64,000 nucleotides of DNA from Candidatus Latescibacterota bacterium (lineage in GTDB: Bacteria > Latescibacterota > CBDEFO01), in NCBI GenBank assembly GCA_965237525.1, contig CBDEFO010000008.1, forward strand, positions 320,001 through 384,000, in the 5' to 3' direction. Below the pieces are notes generated by a model, which saw only the letters and a program-made list of their open reading frames with translations, was not told where the DNA came from and did no database searches. This document shows positions 1 through 9,212 of the stretch, piece after piece; positions within the stretch are counted from its first letter, which is position 1, and every line of letters begins with the position of its first letter. Made by a program: the position numbers and the translations under genes.

Positions 1-1
1 C

Positions 2-556
2 CGCGAGGGCTTCCTGGGCAATACCGGCGTTCTGCTGGCCGGCCCTGTAGAAATCGACGAGACGTTCATCGGCGGGCGGGAGAAGAACAAGCGCGCGGAC
101 AAGAAGCTCCACGCGGGTCGGGGTACCGTCGGCAAGGCCGTGGTCGCTGGCGTCAAGGACCGGGAAACGAAGGAGGTCCGCGCCGAGGTCGTTCAGGGAA
201 CCGACAGGGACACCCTCCAGGGCTTCGTCGAGGACCACGTAGAACCGGACGCCCGGAAGTTCACTGACGAGCACCACGCCTACCAGGACCTCAGGAACCA
301 CTCGACCTGCAAGCATGGCGTGGGGCATTGGGTCAACGGCCAGGCCCACACCAACGGTCTGGAGAGCTTCTGGTCGATGTTCAAGCGTGGCTACCATGGC
401 ACCTTCCATCGGATGTCCGTCAAGCACCTGCACCGCTACGTCAACGAGTTCGCCGGGCGCCACAACATCCGCGACAGGGACACCTTGGAGCAGATGTGCC
501 TGCTGGCTACCGGGCTGGTTGGGAAGCGGCTGCGATACCGGGATTTGGTGGCGTGA
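2..556 (+). CDS. IS1595-family (ISXO2-like) DDE transposase, 5'-truncated by window
   Basis: Motifs VEIDETFIGG, FTDE, HTNGLESFWSMFKRGYHG, YVNEF; near-identical to 16476..17414. Confidence 0.95.
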   Translation, partial: REGFLGNTGVLLAGPVEIDETFIGGREKNKRADKKLHAGRGTVGKAVVAGVKDRETKEVRAEVVQGTDRDTLQGFVEDHVEPDARKFTDEHHAYQDLRNHSTCKHGVGHWVNGQAHTNGLESFWSMFKRGYHGTFHRMSVKHLHRYVNEFAGRHNIRDRDTLEQMCLLATGLVGKRLRYRDLVA

Positions 557-1407
557 TGGAAACAGCACCGGCGCTTCCAAGGTCAAACCGATCAAACTCC
601 CCCTTCAGATATCCCGGCGGGAAGTTCTACGCCCGCAGAATGATACTTGAGGAGATACCTCAGCACGAGTTCTATTGTGAGCCGTTTGCCGGGGGAGGGA
701 GTGTGTTTTTCGCTAAAGAAGCGGCGAAGGCATCAGTACTCAACGATCTAGATATCGAGGTCATAAACACGCTCCGGCATATACGAGATCGAGTAGAAGA
801 CTTGATTGGCCTACTTGACGGAATTCGGGCTACGAAGAAAAACCATGCCTACTACAAGGGCTATAAGCCAACTGACGGCCTTTCTCGTGCTGTCAGGTGG
901 TTCTACCTCAACCGTACGTCCTACAGTGGAATCATGCGCCGTGAGAACTGCTATTGGGGTTACGGCCGCAAATATTCGATGTGTCCCAAGAACTGGCCTC
1001 CACACCTGCGAACAGTGTCCGACAAGCTGCAAGGCGTGGAGCTGACCACATTGGACTTTGAGATGGTTATTGATGCTTTACCTGATGGGGCTTTTGCATT
1101 TGTGGATCCGCCCTATTACGCATCCGACCAACAGAAGTTCTATGTCTGTCCGTTCACCATGGAAGACCATGACCGTTTACGCCAGTGCCTGAAGAGAAAT
1201 GCAGATCGGGTCATGTTTCTACTAACCTATGACGACCACCCGGACCTGCGGCCTATGTACGAATGGGTCAAGTCTGTCAACAACAGGCAGTGGAACTACA
1301 CGATCAACCGCACGGATGACCAACGCAACGGCACCAAGCTAAAAGACGGATTTCGAGGGTCTAGAAAAAAAGGGAGTGAGTTGTTCATCAGGAACTACCA
1401 TGTCTGA
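556..1407 (+). CDS. Dam/D12-class N6-adenine DNA methyltransferase (type II RM)
   Basis: YPGGK, EPFAGGGSV (motif I), DPPY (motif IV); ATG at 556 overlaps the transposase stop (TGATG). Confidence 0.92.
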   Translation: METAPALPRSNRSNSPFRYPGGKFYARRMILEEIPQHEFYCEPFAGGGSVFFAKEAAKASVLNDLDIEVINTLRHIRDRVEDLIGLLDGIRATKKNHAYYKGYKPTDGLSRAVRWFYLNRTSYSGIMRRENCYWGYGRKYSMCPKNWPPHLRTVSDKLQGVELTTLDFEMVIDALPDGAFAFVDPPYYASDQQKFYVCPFTMEDHDRLRQCLKRNADRVMFLLTYDDHPDLRPMYEWVKSVNNRQWNYTINRTDDQRNGTKLKDGFRGSRKKGSELFIRNYHV

Positions 1408-2125
1408 TACCGATGAAGTCTATCGGGTTTACAACGGTATCACCGAGTATTGCGAGACATACAATATTCCACGTGAAAACCTGCTCGACATACTGGAGGA
1501 TCAGAAGGTTGTTCCGATGATTCGAGGAAAGGCTACGGAATACATTGGGGCAGCTGTGCTCAAGGAGGCCCTTGATCCGAGAGACTGGATCGTGGAAAAA
1601 CTTAACCTGAATCCTCAGCTTGGAACCCATGACGAGGACGTGAGCATTACGTACAAGCGGACAGGTTGTCGACTGAAAGCAGAGACAAAGAACGCTGTGC
1701 GGGATCACTTCCGGCTCCGTGCGAAATCGATCAAGGTTCCGCACTTTAACGTCAAGTGCCACAAATCACGGAGCCACTTGAAGAAGGCGAGTACGACAAA
1801 CGACAGATATGAGGTCGGAGACTTCGATGTTTTGCTGTGCAATGCGTCCAATGCTGTCTTTCAGGGTAAGACGTTGGACCGAGGCCTACCGCTTATAGAC
1901 GACAACGAGGCGATTGAGTGGCTTAGAGGCTTCTACGATGTGGAGACGGAAGACCAACTCCGCCGAGCAGCATACGACGACTGGAGGTTGTGCTTGCCGG
2001 TCACAATCGCCTCTCCGGACGGAACCCTGCCACGCACCCCGTCGGTGTTGATGGAGAACGACCCAAACTGGTTCGGACTTGATCGCGTTGCGGCCAACCT
2101 TCGCACACTTATCAGTGGGGGATGA
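1400..2125 (+). CDS. putative type II restriction endonuclease (PD-(D/E)XK)
   Basis: RGKATE...DEDVS...AETK pattern; overlaps the MTase 3' end. Confidence 0.7.
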   Translation: MSDTDEVYRVYNGITEYCETYNIPRENLLDILEDQKVVPMIRGKATEYIGAAVLKEALDPRDWIVEKLNLNPQLGTHDEDVSITYKRTGCRLKAETKNAVRDHFRLRAKSIKVPHFNVKCHKSRSHLKKASTTNDRYEVGDFDVLLCNASNAVFQGKTLDRGLPLIDDNEAIEWLRGFYDVETEDQLRRAAYDDWRLCLPVTIASPDGTLPRTPSVLMENDPNWFGLDRVAANLRTLISGG

Positions 2126-2129
2126 CGAT

Positions 2130-2303
2130 ATGAAGAAACCCAACGACGAGTCCCACTCCGTCCGTGGCCCCGGTCGCCCGGAAAAGCAGGACATTAAGTT
2201 GCCGGCCAGCGCGGAGGAGATCGCCCGTAACATCTTCACCAACGCGAAACCGGTGGACCCGTCAAAGCGCGGCAAGACTACCGACGGCCAGAAAGGAGAT
2301 TGA
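2130..2303 (+). CDS. small conserved IS1595-associated protein (57 aa)
   Basis: Near-identical to 19217..19387 (GPGRPEKQDIKLPASAEEIARNIF). Confidence 0.8.
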   Translation: MKKPNDESHSVRGPGRPEKQDIKLPASAEEIARNIFTNAKPVDPSKRGKTTDGQKGD

Positions 2304-2421
2304 GAAGGTTGACCAATGGCCTATCGCAATGCGGGCGGGCTGATACCGAGTGACAACGGTTGGCGTGATTTGACGGATGATGCGATAGCTAGTAAATTGT
2401 TGTAAAGTCCAGAGTTACGGT

Positions 2422-2461
2422 ACAAAAAAAGTGCCCGTCGGTTCGGAGCCGACTGGCACTT
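2422..2461 (-). terminator. hairpin with A-run, terminator-like on the minus strand
   Basis: AAAAAAAGTGCCCGTCGGTTCGGAGCCGACTGGCACTT imperfect inverted repeat. Confidence 0.45.
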
Positions 2462-2499
2462 AAATACAAAAACACTCTTTACCAAGAGGAGGTATTTGT

Positions 2500-2811
2500 A
2501 TGCCTCAACGTACGACTCCACAACCAGCGTGTCAAGCGTCATTTGTTGAATTCCTGGAAGGGTTCTCGGAAGGGTTCTCACGATCCCTCAAACCTTTCCA
2601 GGAATTAGCGGAAGTGGCCTCCCAAACTCCCGTTTTCAAGTTGTTCCGGGACGCGACTAGATCAATGGCGCAATTTCCTATCCCTGATTTACGGCCGACA
2701 GTAGAAGCGCTCTCGCAGACCACCACTGTGCAAGATATTCTTATTGGCTATCTGAGAAGTCCTACGATAGAGGGCACCGGGATTCAGTCATTCAGAGCCG
2801 CCATCTGGTAA
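2500..2811 (+). CDS. hypothetical cargo protein
   Basis: GAGGAGG RBS upstream; stop codon lies inside the right TIR. Confidence 0.5.
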   Translation: MPQRTTPQPACQASFVEFLEGFSEGFSRSLKPFQELAEVASQTPVFKLFRDATRSMAQFPIPDLRPTVEALSQTTTVQDILIGYLRSPTIEGTGIQSFRAAIW

Positions 2812-2829
2812 CTTTGGTATATAATCCCC
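2807..2829. repeat. right terminal inverted repeat of element 1
   Basis: 19/23 match to 20505..20527. Confidence 0.85.
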
Positions 2830-2831
2830 TA

Positions 2832-5327
2832 ATGTTCAAAGTGACCTCTATATGCGTTGGTGTGATGGTGGTTTTCCTGGCGTCGAGAGTTATCGCGCTA
2901 CCTCCCGGGCGGCATCCAGTTCTCCTCTACGAAGAGGTTGATATTCCGGTCATCAAAGATAGGATCGAAAGGGAGCCTTACGCCTCGTGGTGGGCCTGGA
3001 TAAAGGGAAAGTCCGATGAAGCTCTCTCCAAATCGGCAGGCCAGTTGGGGGATGAAAGGCAAAAGACGAGGTTTGCAAAGGCATTGGCGTTCGCATATAT
3101 GATTACACAGGATTCGACCTACGCTCAGAAAGCAATAGATGTTATGAAGGCTGTGAAGTTCCCTCCCGGAGGGGGTAACCTGGGTGAGCCTCATGCCGAA
3201 GCAGAGGGGGCGGCTAACTATTTTGAGGCCTACGATATGCTGTATAATTATCTCAGAGGTGATTTGGACTCTGATGGGACTATAAGGGCGATAGCCGCAG
3301 AAGAGGCCGACAGGCTCTACGGAGGGCTTTTTGTACAGTTGGGATTCTTCAAGATACCCCTTTGGCAGACTCCTCACAAGGACAACTGGCATATCAGGGC
3401 TTACTCAGCACTCGGAATGGGGGCGATCGTTCTGTCGGATTACGTAGGGGAAAGTTCGACTCCCGACCAGTGGGACGAAAGGGCCAGATCAGTGGTTATG
3501 GAGACTATGGATTATCAGATAGATGCAAATGGAGGATACGCCGAGGGACCCTTCTACAGCCAATATGCAGCGGATATATATATGCCCTATCTGTTGGCTT
3601 TGAAGAGATTCTCAGGCGAGGACCTTTTGAATGATTCCAAGATCCACTCTATGCACGATTGGTCTTTGAATATAAGGTTGCCAGATGGATCGAGGCCAAA
3701 CGTGGACGATGCGCATCTGTCGTATTTCTTCGGGAATTACCTATCCTCAGTTTATCCAGACGGAGCTGTGCACGCCTGGGACTGGGGTAACGCAAGAGAT
3801 CTATATGCCGCCGACTTCTACAGGGTTGACGCAGTGGCTCTGTATGACGACAGCGTCCAGCCTCGGGAGCCTAATCTCAACGCGACGGTTTTTATGCCAG
3901 AAGCTGGCGACGCCGTATTCAGAAGCGACTGGTCGAGGGACGCTATATATATGCTCTTAAGGGGAGAGCACGGAAAGGCAAGGACTAACGGTCTTTCACA
4001 CGAGCACCCCGACGGCACCAGCTTTATTATCTTCGCCTACGGAGAGATGTTAGCTCTGGACGCTGGATATATCGAGTTCGCACAGCACCACAAGGTCAAC
4101 AAAGCGCTTAACCACAACCTCATCTTGGTCGATGGGAAGGGGCCTCCTCTAATCGAATTGTTGGGTAACGTTATAGGAGCAGGAGTGGATGCGACTATCA
4201 GTAACTTCTTCAGCACGAACTTCCTAGACTACGCGGAAGTGAAGGCAAGGTACCAGAATACGAATTTCGTAAGGAGCGTGTTCTTTGCGGATAATAAGTA
4301 CTTCGTGATAATAGACGATATTGATGCTGGGGCGGTGCATGCGTACGAATGGCTTCTGCACGGCAACGGAGGCGGCACGAGTGGTGGGGAATTTGAATCC
4401 AGGGAGAAAGGCGTAAAATGGAGGATCAACGATGTGGAGCTTATAGCCTACATAGCAGCTCCTAACAATGCAAAGATGATCCTAGAGGAGGGAGGCACAG
4501 CGGGTGTTCACTCCTTCAGCTACAGGCAGGAGTTGACGCATACAGTCTTGAAGGCGAGGGCTTCGGGAGAAGATTTGAAATTTCTGAGCGTGCTCTATCC
4601 TAAAGCTGTAGATAGCGATGAGCCTGAGATCATCGCGCTGGCCGCAGAAGGAGGAAGAGGAGTAAAGGTGAATGAAGATGCGATAGCGTACAAAAATAGG
4701 GACTCGGCGGGTTTAAGCTTACATAGTTTAAGTGCAGACAACGATACCGTTCGGACAGATGGTGAAGCACTATTTGTTAAGTCGTCCCCGCGTCTGCAGC
4801 CCGCATTTGAACTGTTCGACAGAAACTCCTTCCCAGCGTGGCTCGGCTGGGGATCTGTAGGTAGATTCAGCGTTCTGGGCGGAAGATTCCTGAAAGTGGG
4901 ATCTGACAGTCTATTTAGTTCATCGGAGAAGATAAGACTTGCGCTCGATGCGAATGAGCTGGAATCCTCATTAGAGGGATATTTTAGCGGTCAAAATCCC
5001 TTCAGTCTAAAGTTGTGGACAACGCTGGAACCAGATTCAGTCTATGTAAATGACGCGCCCCTGGACTTTTCCTTCTCTCCCAAAAGTGACATCCTGACCT
5101 TAAATCTTCAGGGACAGGGAACTCTAAAGATGGTCCTTATACCTGTCAGGAGCGATTTCAACAGAGACCGTGATGTCGGTCTCGGAGATTTTGTACTATT
5201 CCTCGATGTCTTCGGATCATCCGCCGGGACAACGAATTATAGTCCTATATTTGATTTAGACGAAGACGGTGAAGTCGGTTTGAGCGATTTTGTGATCTTT
5301 CTGGACGATTTTGGCAGCAGTTTATGA
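2832..5327 (+). CDS. secreted heparinase II/III-like polysaccharide lyase with C-terminal dockerin-like EF-hand repeats
   Basis: Signal peptide MFKVTSICVG..., NWH, GGYAEGPFY, HEHPD..SF, HNLILVDG motifs; C-terminal DFNRDRDVGLGDF / DLDEDGEVGLSDF. Confidence 0.82.
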   Translation: MFKVTSICVGVMVVFLASRVIALPPGRHPVLLYEEVDIPVIKDRIEREPYASWWAWIKGKSDEALSKSAGQLGDERQKTRFAKALAFAYMITQDSTYAQKAIDVMKAVKFPPGGGNLGEPHAEAEGAANYFEAYDMLYNYLRGDLDSDGTIRAIAAEEADRLYGGLFVQLGFFKIPLWQTPHKDNWHIRAYSALGMGAIVLSDYVGESSTPDQWDERARSVVMETMDYQIDANGGYAEGPFYSQYAADIYMPYLLALKRFSGEDLLNDSKIHSMHDWSLNIRLPDGSRPNVDDAHLSYFFGNYLSSVYPDGAVHAWDWGNARDLYAADFYRVDAVALYDDSVQPREPNLNATVFMPEAGDAVFRSDWSRDAIYMLLRGEHGKARTNGLSHEHPDGTSFIIFAYGEMLALDAGYIEFAQHHKVNKALNHNLILVDGKGPPLIELLGNVIGAGVDATISNFFSTNFLDYAEVKARYQNTNFVRSVFFADNKYFVIIDDIDAGAVHAYEWLLHGNGGGTSGGEFESREKGVKWRINDVELIAYIAAPNNAKMILEEGGTAGVHSFSYRQELTHTVLKARASGEDLKFLSVLYPKAVDSDEPEIIALAAEGGRGVKVNEDAIAYKNRDSAGLSLHSLSADNDTVRTDGEALFVKSSPRLQPAFELFDRNSFPAWLGWGSVGRFSVLGGRFLKVGSDSLFSSSEKIRLALDANELESSLEGYFSGQNPFSLKLWTTLEPDSVYVNDAPLDFSFSPKSDILTLNLQGQGTLKMVLIPVRSDFNRDRDVGLGDFVLFLDVFGSSAGTTNYSPIFDLDEDGEVGLSDFVIFLDDFGSSL

Positions 5328-5469
5328 GTAACAGATGAACGGGGATGAGAGAAAGTGTCCCAATCTGCTGGACAGACAAGAATGTCTGTATTACCTGCGA
5401 AATTGTTTCGCTGCCTCCCGAGTGAGTAGGGGTCGCGATGACAGTATAGTAGGCTCGCAACGAAATTGC

Positions 5470-5925
5470 TTAGCTTCGACTCTTAGTCATTGCGAGAGGC
5501 TTATGACCCGAAGATAGGGCCTTGGGTATCCAGGGTTTGAGCCCATCTAAGCGGATCTGCACTATATGTTTTTCCCATTCGGACTTCTGCTCGGTAAAGA
5601 GGCTTGACCTGATAGGAGTGTCGGAAAAGATCGTTTTCCAATCGGTATTTGCGATCAGAGATTCTATCTCGTCAGGGGAATATCCTGAAGCGTAAAGCCC
5701 TCCCATCACGCTGCCCATGCTTGACCCAGCGATCATATCTATGGTTACATTCTCCCTATCAAGCGCTCTAAGCACAGCTATCTGAGCGCTGCCCCTTGCT
5801 TCGCCTCCACTTAATGTCAGACCGATTTGGGGTCTCTTGGATCCGGACTCGCCTGCGACCTGCCGTGTAAGAAGAGCGACTGGAAGGAGAAGTAATGTGA
5901 TAATTAGAGCTATCATCGTGTGCAT
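5470..5925 (-). pseudogene. truncated patatin-like phospholipase (N-terminal part only)
   Basis: LSGGEARG and GSSMG motifs; ORF ends before the DGG motif, next to a GTCATTGCGAG-type palindromic repeat. Confidence 0.7.
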
Positions 5926-6432
5926 TGTGTGCCTCGGCGATTTCAAAGTACTCGCAGACAAATATATGACAAACTCAGAGATCAGTTAAGCCGCAAGATT
6001 CGTAATCTTTCTGTATCTTTGTATTTGTACTTTTACAGACTGAATTTCGATTCTTGACAAATCACAAAAAAACATTATCACTGCACCCATAGAAGTTGTC
6101 ATCTGTTCCTAAGTCGCTGTTATCGTATAAAGAGGGTCCACATCAGTCATTTCCAGAGAGGACAGATCTGTCCTGCTTTTGATCTTCACTCTATACTGTC
6201 TGCAAGATAGCTTTGGTGGCCCTTCGGTTCGCTCTGGGCTTCGGCTGATAAGCAGACTTTTTACTTCTACTTTCAGTCATAAAAAGAGTCAAATGCCCGA
6301 ACCAGACTCATCCTACTGTTTACTTTCTATTGACTTATAGGAGATCCTTTTCTATATTGTTATTGATACGTATTGAAGCAGAAAAAACTTTAGGGCATAT
6401 TCAAATTAAATTTACAAGGAGGGGAATGGGCA

Positions 6433-7596
6433 ATGATTACGCCTGTTATAATGCCAAAGTTGGGATTGACAATGGAGAAAGGGTCAGTGGCAGAGTGGCG
6501 CGCAAAGGAGGGGGAAAGAATAGCAAAGGGCGAGCCGCTCTTTGTGGCGACGACCGATAAGGCGGATATGGAGATAGAGGCCCCGGCATCTGGTATTTTG
6601 AGGAAGATCCTCGTTGACATGGACGTGGATGTGCCGGTGACCGAGCATATCGCGATCATAGCGGACGAAGACGACGATATAAGCGAATATTTGAAGGGAG
6701 CAGAGCCCGCGAAAGTTGAACAGACAAAAGAGGTCGCAGAGCCCGCACAGACGATAGTCCAAGAGGAAAAGGCTCCCGCCAAGAGCCCAGGAGGAAGGAT
6801 AATTGCGTCTCCTGCGGCAAAGAGGATCGCGAAGGAAAGGGGAATAGATCTTTCCCTCATAGAAGGCACAGGCCCCGGAGGAAGGATTACTACTGAAGAC
6901 GTGGAGAGATTCTCCCCCGAAGAAGCAGTAAAGATAAAGGAGGAACTAGTCCCCTTAACAAGAATAGAGGGTGTAGCAGCTGAAAGATTAACGGAGGCAT
7001 CGAGGGATATTCCTCACATCAATCTCTTTATGGACGTAAATTGCGAAAGCATAGTCCAGATAAGAGTGGATCTGAGCCAAAAGGGGATCTCTGCCTCCTA
7101 CAACGACATTATCGTCAAAGCCCTCGCCTCCACCCTGAGGGAGTTCCCAAGGGTCAATTCGATCCTGGAGGGGGTAAATATCAGGTTGCTCCCCGACATA
7201 AATATAGGGATCGCCACAGCTACAGATCAGGGTCTAATGGTTCCGGTCTTAAAAAATGCGGGCAGGATGGACATTGCTGGGATAGCACAAGAGACCGCCA
7301 AGTTGACAGAGTCGGCAAGGAGCGGGACATTGAGCCTAGACGACATAAGCGGAGGCACATTTACGATCACCAATCTGGGGATGTACGGCGTCAGCAGGTT
7401 TACGGCTATCATAAATCCCCCTCAGGTGGCTATCCTATCTGTGGGGGCTATAGTAAAAAGGGTGGTCGTAGTTGACGATAACACTTTCAAGATACAGCCT
7501 ACGATGACTCTGAACTTAGTCTGCGATCACAGGGTAATAGACGGAGCCTTAGGGGCTAACTTTTTGAAGAGGTTGAAAGAAACTTTAGAGCAGTAG
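6433..7596 (+). CDS. 2-oxo-acid dehydrogenase E2 (dihydrolipoamide acyltransferase)
   Basis: Lipoyl TDKA, E3-binding ASPAAKRIA..GTGPGGRI, catalytic DHRVIDG. Confidence 0.95.
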   Translation: MITPVIMPKLGLTMEKGSVAEWRAKEGERIAKGEPLFVATTDKADMEIEAPASGILRKILVDMDVDVPVTEHIAIIADEDDDISEYLKGAEPAKVEQTKEVAEPAQTIVQEEKAPAKSPGGRIIASPAAKRIAKERGIDLSLIEGTGPGGRITTEDVERFSPEEAVKIKEELVPLTRIEGVAAERLTEASRDIPHINLFMDVNCESIVQIRVDLSQKGISASYNDIIVKALASTLREFPRVNSILEGVNIRLLPDINIGIATATDQGLMVPVLKNAGRMDIAGIAQETAKLTESARSGTLSLDDISGGTFTITNLGMYGVSRFTAIINPPQVAILSVGAIVKRVVVVDDNTFKIQPTMTLNLVCDHRVIDGALGANFLKRLKETLEQ

Positions 7597-7663
7597 ACAG
7601 TAGAACAGACATTCTTGTCTGTTCTGTTTAGACAGAATATCAGACAGGAATGTCTGACCTACC
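7592..7663. repeat. REP-like palindromic repeat with CAGTAGA units
   Basis: ACAGACATTCTTGTCTGT...CAGACAGGAATGTCTGACCTAC; related copy at about 5370-5395. Confidence 0.55.
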
Positions 7664-7682
7664 CTGCTGTATGGGGCAGGAG

Positions 7683-9146
7683 ATGAACCTTCACAGGGGA
7701 AAAATAGGAAACAGACTTGTAGTAACCTTTATATCCTTCGTGACTTTGATTATAGGTTTAAGCGGCTGGTTGCTCTACAGGTCAGCCAGGAGGAATCTGG
7801 ACGACGAACTCGGCACGAAGCTTATAGCCATAGCTCAGACAGTAGCCGTTCAGATAGATCCTGGCGTCCTTTTGAGATTGGAACCCGGATACGAAGAGAG
7901 CCGCACCTACAGGAATATACTGCGAAAACTCCAGAGGACCAAAGACGCTACGGATGTAAGAAAACTCTACATCTTCGACAGCCAGAACAGAGGCATTGTA
8001 GATAGCGATCCTAATGTTCCTATCGGGTATGAGTACGTGAGGCTCAAGTCCGACTTAAGGGAACTACGGTCTGTATGGAGCGGAAAAGCGGCTCACTCTG
8101 TCCTCTTTAAGGGAAACGACGGGAGATTTTACAAGACAGGATATGCCCCTCTAATAGATGATCAAGGCAAGACTGTAGCTGTCGTTGCGGTTCAGACGGG
8201 CGCGGCCTTTGTCCGGACGATAGAGAACTTCAAACGGAACGTCATTATGTTCGGGACGATAGCCCTCGCCTTAGCGATTGTAATTGGTCTTTTTTTGTCC
8301 AGGACTATAACAGATCCGATAGACAGTCTTGTGGAGGCAGCAAGGAGAATCGGAAGCGGGGACATGGAGACCCCTGTCCAGGTGGAGTCCAGAGATGAGG
8401 TCGGATACCTGGCTCTGTCTATGGACAGAATGAGAAAAGATGTAACAGAAAGAGATAACAGACTCAAGATGATGCTATCAGCGGTCGCTCACGAGATACG
8501 AAACCCTTTAGGAGGCATTGAGATATTCGCTAGTTTGATACAGGACGAACTTGAAAGTGGGTCGCAGGAACAGGAAAACGCAAAGAAGATAATAAAGGAA
8601 TCAAGGAACCTCGACAGGATAATAACCGAGTTTTTGGATTTCGCCAGACCCTCCGAGCCTCAAAAGTCATCCGTATCGTTGAAATCGTTGATAGACGAAG
8701 CCTATTCACTAGTTTCGACTGAAATTGAGAACAAGAAGATAGATTTCAAGACTCAACTGAACGATGGCGAGGTCAATGTCTATGTTGATCCCGAACAGAT
8801 CAAAAGGGCGCTGATAAACGTTTTCAAAAACGCAGTTCAGGCTATGCCAAAGGGAGGCTGTCTGACCGTAAGAGACGGTGAGACCACCCCTCGGGAGATA
8901 GAATCTAACGTAGACTCCGTCGGAAAATTGGCCTCTGTGCTTGTGGAGGACACAGGGCCGGGCATACCCGAGAAGGATATTGATAAGCTCTTTGAACCTT
9001 TCTTTACGACCAAGGAAAAGGGAGTTGGATTAAGGCTTTCGATAGTCAAAAAGACCATCCAGGACAACGGCGGATCGATAGAGGCTCAAACAGGCTCGAA
9101 AGGAGCGATCTTTCGCATTGATCTGCCGCTTTCTAAGAGATCATAG
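7683..9146 (+). CDS. membrane sensor histidine kinase (HAMP-HisKA-HATPase)
   Basis: Two TM segments, HAMP, AHEIRNPL H-box, N/G1/F boxes; G2 box reads GVGLRL. Confidence 0.95.
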   Translation: MNLHRGKIGNRLVVTFISFVTLIIGLSGWLLYRSARRNLDDELGTKLIAIAQTVAVQIDPGVLLRLEPGYEESRTYRNILRKLQRTKDATDVRKLYIFDSQNRGIVDSDPNVPIGYEYVRLKSDLRELRSVWSGKAAHSVLFKGNDGRFYKTGYAPLIDDQGKTVAVVAVQTGAAFVRTIENFKRNVIMFGTIALALAIVIGLFLSRTITDPIDSLVEAARRIGSGDMETPVQVESRDEVGYLALSMDRMRKDVTERDNRLKMMLSAVAHEIRNPLGGIEIFASLIQDELESGSQEQENAKKIIKESRNLDRIITEFLDFARPSEPQKSSVSLKSLIDEAYSLVSTEIENKKIDFKTQLNDGEVNVYVDPEQIKRALINVFKNAVQAMPKGGCLTVRDGETTPREIESNVDSVGKLASVLVEDTGPGIPEKDIDKLFEPFFTTKEKGVGLRLSIVKKTIQDNGGSIEAQTGSKGAIFRIDLPLSKRS

Positions 9147-9147
9147 A

Positions 9148-9198
9148 TGTAGGGGCTGGGTTTCCCAGCCATCGGGCGAGGTAACCTTCCCCCTACAA
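9148..9198. repeat. GTAG-type REP palindrome
   Basis: TGTAGGGGCTGGGTTTCCCAGCC...CCCCTACA; related GTAGGGGTGAACCC at about 10616. Confidence 0.55.
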
Positions 9199-9212
9199 AC
9201 TGTCTAGTAAGT

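Larger units (their letters stand above)
1..2829 (+). mobile_element. IS1595-family cargo transposon, element 1 (left end outside window)
   Basis: Transposase 3' part, RM genes, small conserved ORF, then a right end GGTAACTTTGGTATATAATCCCC (2807-2829) matching the element-2 right TIR at 19/23. Confidence 0.85.

Noticed and set aside
328..555. Long N-terminal extensions of the MTase ORFs (328.. and 17165..)
   Set aside because: They overlap the transposase in another frame; the real starts are at 556 and 17411, coupled to the transposase stops
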